Assembly (NCBI GenBank): GCA_043739185.1
Contig: JAYUEN010000120.1
Location: forward strand, 1-18,834
From: Bdellovibrionales bacterium
GTDB lineage: Bacteria > Bdellovibrionota > Bdellovibrionia > Bdellovibrionales > JAMPXM01
Length of the DNA stretch: 18,834 bases
Reading direction: 5' to 3'
The position numbers and the translations under genes are program-made. Positions within the stretch are counted from its first letter, which is position 1. Each line of letters opens with the position of its first letter. A model generated the notes under the pieces. The model saw only the letters and a list, made by a program, of their open reading frames with translations, had not been told where the DNA came from and made no database searches. Positions 14,745 to 18,834 of the stretch are shown piece by piece.

Positions 14745-17397
14745 AATTCGCGAACTATTTTTAAAATATTTTGAAAAACAAGGTCATACCCGAGTTGCGA
14801 GCTCGGGTCTTATTCCAGAAAATGATGCCACTTTACTTTTTGCAAACGCTGGCATGAACCAATTTAAAAATTCGTTTTTGGGATTGGAGCAGCGTCCTTA
14901 TACACGAGCCACAACATCACAGAAGTGTGTTCGCGCAGGTGGCAAACACAATGATCTTGAGAACGTCGGTTTTACAGCTCGTCACCATACCTTTTTCGAA
15001 ATGCTCGGTAATTTTTCTTTTGGAGATTATTTTAAAAAAGATGCTATTCACTTTGCTTGGGACCTATTGACTCACGAACTGCAAATTCCAAAAGAAAAGC
15101 TCTCAGTCACTGTTTTTGAAACCGATGATGAAGCTGCAGACATTTGGCACAAGCAGGAAGGTGTGCCGCGAGATCGTATTTTTCGATTTGGAGAAAAAGA
15201 CAATTTTTGGAGAATGGGCGATACGGGCCCTTGTGGTCCTTGTTCTGAGATTTTTTATGACCATGGCGAAAAGCAAGATGTGCCGGGCGTAAAATCGGCT
15301 GTGGGCGGCGATGGTGATCGCTATGTCGAAATTTGGAATCTCGTTTTCATGCAGTACAACGAAGATGCAAAGGGCAAACATCCGCTGCCAAAACCAAGCG
15401 TTGATACGGGTGGGGGATTGGAGCGATGGGCGGCCGCTTTGCAGGGAAAGCCAAATAATTTTGATACGGATTTATTTCAGCCGATCATTCAAGAGGCTGC
15501 CCGAATTTCGAAAATTGAATACATTAGCAATGCTTCGGAGATGACGGCTGCGATGCGAGTCGTGGCCGATCACTCAAGAGCCATGTGCTTTTTGCTCGCC
15601 GATGGTGTCATTCCTTCAAATGAAGGGCGTGGCTACGTTTTACGAAGAATTATGAGAAGAGCCATTCGCTATGGCCGCAAACTAACTGGCGATTCGTCTT
15701 TGCTTGAAAAAACGGTGGGTGTGGTGATTTCTGAAATGGCTATCTTCTTTCCTGAATTGAGTGCAAAGAAAAGCATGATTTTGGCTACTATTAAAGATGA
15801 GGTCACAAGATTTTTGCAAACTCTCGATCAAGGAACTGAAATTCTCAATTCCGCACTTTCTAAATTGAGTTCGCGCGGACTTAAAACATTAGAGGGTGAA
15901 ACCGTTTTTAAACTCTATGATACCTTTGGTTTTCCGCCAGACTTAACTCGTTTGATGGCAGTCGAAAAAGGTTTTAGTCTTGATGAGACAAAATTTGAAA
16001 AACTCATGCAAGACTCAAAACTTTTAGCAAAAGCTTCTTGGAAGGGAAGCTCCGTTTCAAGTGATGCCGCTCATACTTTGCAATTGAGCCAAAAGGCGAA
16101 AGAACAATTCGGCGCCACCCAATTTTTGGGGTATGAAACGCTGCTCGCAAATGAAAAACTGATGTTGATTTCAAACGGAACTGAAATTGTGAAAAAGCTA
16201 GGCCCGGATCAAACCGGCATTCTCATTTTTAAGCGCACGCCATTTTATGCTGAAAGTGGTGGCCAAGTCGGCGATCAAGGGGTGATTTCTTCAACTGGTT
16301 TTACAGCTGAGGTCTTAGATGTTAAAAAACAAAATGATGTATTTCTTCATTTTGTTCAAGTGGTGACCGGCGAAGTGAGTGAACAAATGCAATATGAATT
16401 GCAGGTCACAAATGCAAAGCGCCGAAACACTGCGGCCAATCACTCCGCCACCCATCTTATGCATGCGGCACTTCGAAAAGTATTAGGTACTCATGTGACT
16501 CAGGCTGGTAGCTTGGTAAGCTCAGAACGATTGCGTTTTGATTTCACTCACAACAAAGCCATGAGCGCTCAAGAAATTCAACAAATTGAAGATTTGGTAA
16601 ATGGCGAAATCGCAATTGCCCAAAATGTCGAAAATGAAGAAATGCCTTACAAACTGGCTCTTGAAAAAGGCGCAATGGCTTTGTTTGGTGAAAAATATGG
16701 GGACCGTGTTCGGGTGCTGAAGATGGGAGATTTTTCAACTGAGCTTTGCGGTGGAACTCATGTGAAAAACACCTCTCAGATTCGACTTTTTAAAGTAGTG
16801 GGTGAAAGCGGTGTTTCTGCTGGCGTGAGACGAATTGAAGCTTTAGCGGGTGATATGGCGATTCGCTATTTGAATAAAAATACCAATGAAAATCTCGAAG
16901 CGCGAAAGCTGACTGGCAAGCAAGAAAGTTGGGACCAATATCTTGAGGAAACTTCCCCGCAATTATTAAATTGGATCGAACAGTCTCAAGCACGCATTCG
17001 TGAACTTGAAAAAGAAGTGAAAAGTTTAAAAGGCTCAAAGGTCAATTTAGATCAAATTGTACAATCAGCAAAGTCTATAGCCGGAGGTAAATTCGTCAGC
17101 GCTCAAGTTGATGTCGATGATCGAAACGCTTTGAGCGAAATCGGCGATCGCATTAAAGATCGAATTGGATCAGGTGTGATTGTTTTAGTAGGCAAAGCCG
17201 CCGGGGCTCATCCCATTGTAATCAGCGTTACAAAAGATCTGACGCAAAAATATAATGCCGGAAAACTCCTAGGAGAAATTGCAAAAGAGCTGGGTGGCAA
17301 AGGTGGCGGAAGGCCTGATTTTGCTCAAGGTGCTTGCGAAGATCTCAGTAAAATTAAAACAGCTTTTCAAAAAGCTGAAAAATTGCTCGGAATTTGA
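14731..17397 (+). CDS. alaS: Alanine--tRNA ligase
   Basis: LLFANAGMNQFK, HHTFFEMLGNFSFGDYFK, EIWNLVFMQ, editing-domain HSATH and ELCGGTH, and C-terminal GGKGGGRPDFAQG. Confidence 0.99.
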   Translation: MKSREIRELFLKYFEKQGHTRVASSGLIPENDATLLFANAGMNQFKNSFLGLEQRPYTRATTSQKCVRAGGKHNDLENVGFTARHHTFFEMLGNFSFGDYFKKDAIHFAWDLLTHELQIPKEKLSVTVFETDDEAADIWHKQEGVPRDRIFRFGEKDNFWRMGDTGPCGPCSEIFYDHGEKQDVPGVKSAVGGDGDRYVEIWNLVFMQYNEDAKGKHPLPKPSVDTGGGLERWAAALQGKPNNFDTDLFQPIIQEAARISKIEYISNASEMTAAMRVVADHSRAMCFLLADGVIPSNEGRGYVLRRIMRRAIRYGRKLTGDSSLLEKTVGVVISEMAIFFPELSAKKSMILATIKDEVTRFLQTLDQGTEILNSALSKLSSRGLKTLEGETVFKLYDTFGFPPDLTRLMAVEKGFSLDETKFEKLMQDSKLLAKASWKGSSVSSDAAHTLQLSQKAKEQFGATQFLGYETLLANEKLMLISNGTEIVKKLGPDQTGILIFKRTPFYAESGGQVGDQGVISSTGFTAEVLDVKKQNDVFLHFVQVVTGEVSEQMQYELQVTNAKRRNTAANHSATHLMHAALRKVLGTHVTQAGSLVSSERLRFDFTHNKAMSAQEIQQIEDLVNGEIAIAQNVENEEMPYKLALEKGAMALFGEKYGDRVRVLKMGDFSTELCGGTHVKNTSQIRLFKVVGESGVSAGVRRIEALAGDMAIRYLNKNTNENLEARKLTGKQESWDQYLEETSPQLLNWIEQSQARIRELEKEVKSLKGSKVNLDQIVQSAKSIAGGKFVSAQVDVDDRNALSEIGDRIKDRIGSGVIVLVGKAAGAHPIVISVTKDLTQKYNAGKLLGEIAKELGGKGGGRPDFAQGACEDLSKIKTAFQKAEKLLGI

Positions 17398-17406
17398 AAG
17401 CGAGTC

Positions 17407-18627
17407 TTAAGGGCTCGCATAGAATCCAGGATAATTGGTCGTAAGACTAATGCCCGGGATATGCTCCAATATATCTCCCACTAAAACTTGGCGTCCGTTA
17501 GGTGAATCACCGTGAGGAGTTGAACAAAATCCTCCACTGACACTAATTTGCTGTTGAGTCACATTGCCATAGAGCTCAAAGGTACGTGAATAATATTGTG
17601 TTGGAATCAGGTTTCGATCAGCTTCGCTATAAAAGGTCGCCCCAAGATTTGAGGCGAAAGCAACCGCTTGAATCGGCGCAAACTCAAAGTTCTCGGTTTC
17701 TTTCGGGCGCTCTTTAGAAGCTTTCGTATTCTTTAATTTTTGCTCAATTATTCGCAGCGAGCAGAAGACTTCACCACTGCGGGCGAGCTCCTCTGATTTT
17801 TCTTTTGTAATGGTCTGCCCTTTGTAAAACCTAAATATATAACGTTCGTCGTTGGGGAAACTTTGATGATTGGCAGCAGTTTTTTTTGCAAGAGATGGCA
17901 GAAATAAAGCCGCCGTCAAAGTGGGAACTTGTTTAATCAAACCATCACAAACCGAAATCGGTGGGCCATAGATGGCTTCGACTAGAGGAACATTTGAGCG
18001 AATCGGCTTTTCACCGGACAATTTCAAATCGACAAATTGCGGAGGCTGATACTCCGATCTAAAAAAAGTTGTTGGACTTGAACTCGTCGGAAATGAAATG
18101 AGCTCGGAACAGTCCCAATATCTACAAACTGCAATTTTAAGATTGCCATTTTCAAAATCGGTTTTAAATTGTGCAAGCTTCGATTCTATCACTTGTCCAT
18201 AAAGGTCAATCTGATTGGACATGGGAACATTTAAGGTTTGTTCGCCGTAGGATTGTTTCTTTTCTGCTAAACAATGTGAATCGTATTTGAGCACGAATAC
18301 AATTGGGTCGGCCTTTTCGGGACTATTTGTAATATGTTCAGGAAAAACAACTCCGGGGTATTCTTCATCGAGTGTGACTTGGCAGCCTCTTGAATGGGGC
18401 AGATCAACTTGAATGACTGGTCTGCCCTTGAGGTTTTTGATACTCATCATCACTTCAGAATCTAATACATAGTTCGCTTTCAAATTCTTAGATGAAAATC
18501 TCTGCAAAGTCGGCGTCGCAGTAGGCGAAGTGGACGGATGGACGCATGACAAGCTTAAGCTCATGATCAATCCGCAAAATAATATTTGGCTCCCTTGGGC
18601 AGAGATCCGCAAGCCTTTATGCGACAT
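17407..18627 (-). CDS. Hypothetical lipoprotein
   Basis: 406-aa ORF with an N-terminal hydrophobic stretch and lipobox-like LSLS-C, followed by a Ser/Thr/Pro tether. No family recognised. Confidence 0.72.
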   Translation of the reverse strand: MSHKGLRISAQGSQILFCGLIMSLSLSCVHPSTSPTATPTLQRFSSKNLKANYVLDSEVMMSIKNLKGRPVIQVDLPHSRGCQVTLDEEYPGVVFPEHITNSPEKADPIVFVLKYDSHCLAEKKQSYGEQTLNVPMSNQIDLYGQVIESKLAQFKTDFENGNLKIAVCRYWDCSELISFPTSSSPTTFFRSEYQPPQFVDLKLSGEKPIRSNVPLVEAIYGPPISVCDGLIKQVPTLTAALFLPSLAKKTAANHQSFPNDERYIFRFYKGQTITKEKSEELARSGEVFCSLRIIEQKLKNTKASKERPKETENFEFAPIQAVAFASNLGATFYSEADRNLIPTQYYSRTFELYGNVTQQQISVSGGFCSTPHGDSPNGRQVLVGDILEHIPGISLTTNYPGFYASP

Positions 18628-18632
18628 GATTT

Positions 18633-18834
18633 CTACTTTCTACTTTTGTTCCAGCGACCGCTTTTGCCAGGTAAACAGCCTTCATTGCCAGTGACATCTT
18701 TATTTGAACTATTCATCCAGGCCACTAGATTGGCGTCGGCACCATTCTCATTCATGAGATCGCCATAAACATAGGATTTATCAAAGGCCAAGGCCCAATT
18801 GCCAACCTTAAAAGTATGATTAAAGGTATAACCA
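18633..18834 (-). CDS. 3' end of a hypothetical protein that starts beyond the right edge
   Basis: An open frame from 18833 reads GYTFNHTFKVGNWALAFDKSYVYGDLMNENGADANLVAWMNSSNKDVTGNEGCLPGKSGRWNKSRK*. Its TAG lies 5 nt before the next ATG (18627), an operon-like spacing. Confidence 0.6.
   Translation of the reverse strand, partial: GYTFNHTFKVGNWALAFDKSYVYGDLMNENGADANLVAWMNSSNKDVTGNEGCLPGKSGRWNKSRK

Noticed and set aside
11087..18768. Short ORFs overlapping recA, pgpA/cinA, pilT, recX, alaS and 18586-18768(+)
   Set aside because: They are antisense shadows of well-supported genes.

Overview
Bacterial chromosomal window. It is probably from Bdellovibrionota or a deltaproteobacteria-like lineage, inferred from gene content and not verified. 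It has three blocks. (1) 1-4822 (-): a tightly coupled tryptophan/kynurenine catabolic operon, kynB - aminomuconate-semialdehyde dehydrogenase - RidA-type deaminase - nbaC (HAAO) - ACMSD - kynU, with kynU running off the left edge. (2) 5097-10750: an accessory block of exported proteins, namely a Pro-Thr-stalked RCC1/BLIP-II lipoprotein, a protein with ADP-ribosyltransferase-like motifs, a beta-propeller-like protein, two small secreted proteins and an alpha/beta-hydrolase remnant. Most intact genes in this block are preceded by sigma54-type -24/-12 promoter motifs. (3) 10795-17397: housekeeping genes pgpA-cinA(pncC)-recA (-), divergent from pilT-like-recX-alaS (+). A hypothetical lipoprotein and a partial ORF follow on the minus strand. 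The best candidate for an undescribed system is a sigma54-controlled cluster of secreted proteins that includes a putative exported ADP-ribosyltransferase effector. No rRNA, tRNA, CRISPR array or transposase was seen. All family calls come from motif recognition by eye, with no database searches.
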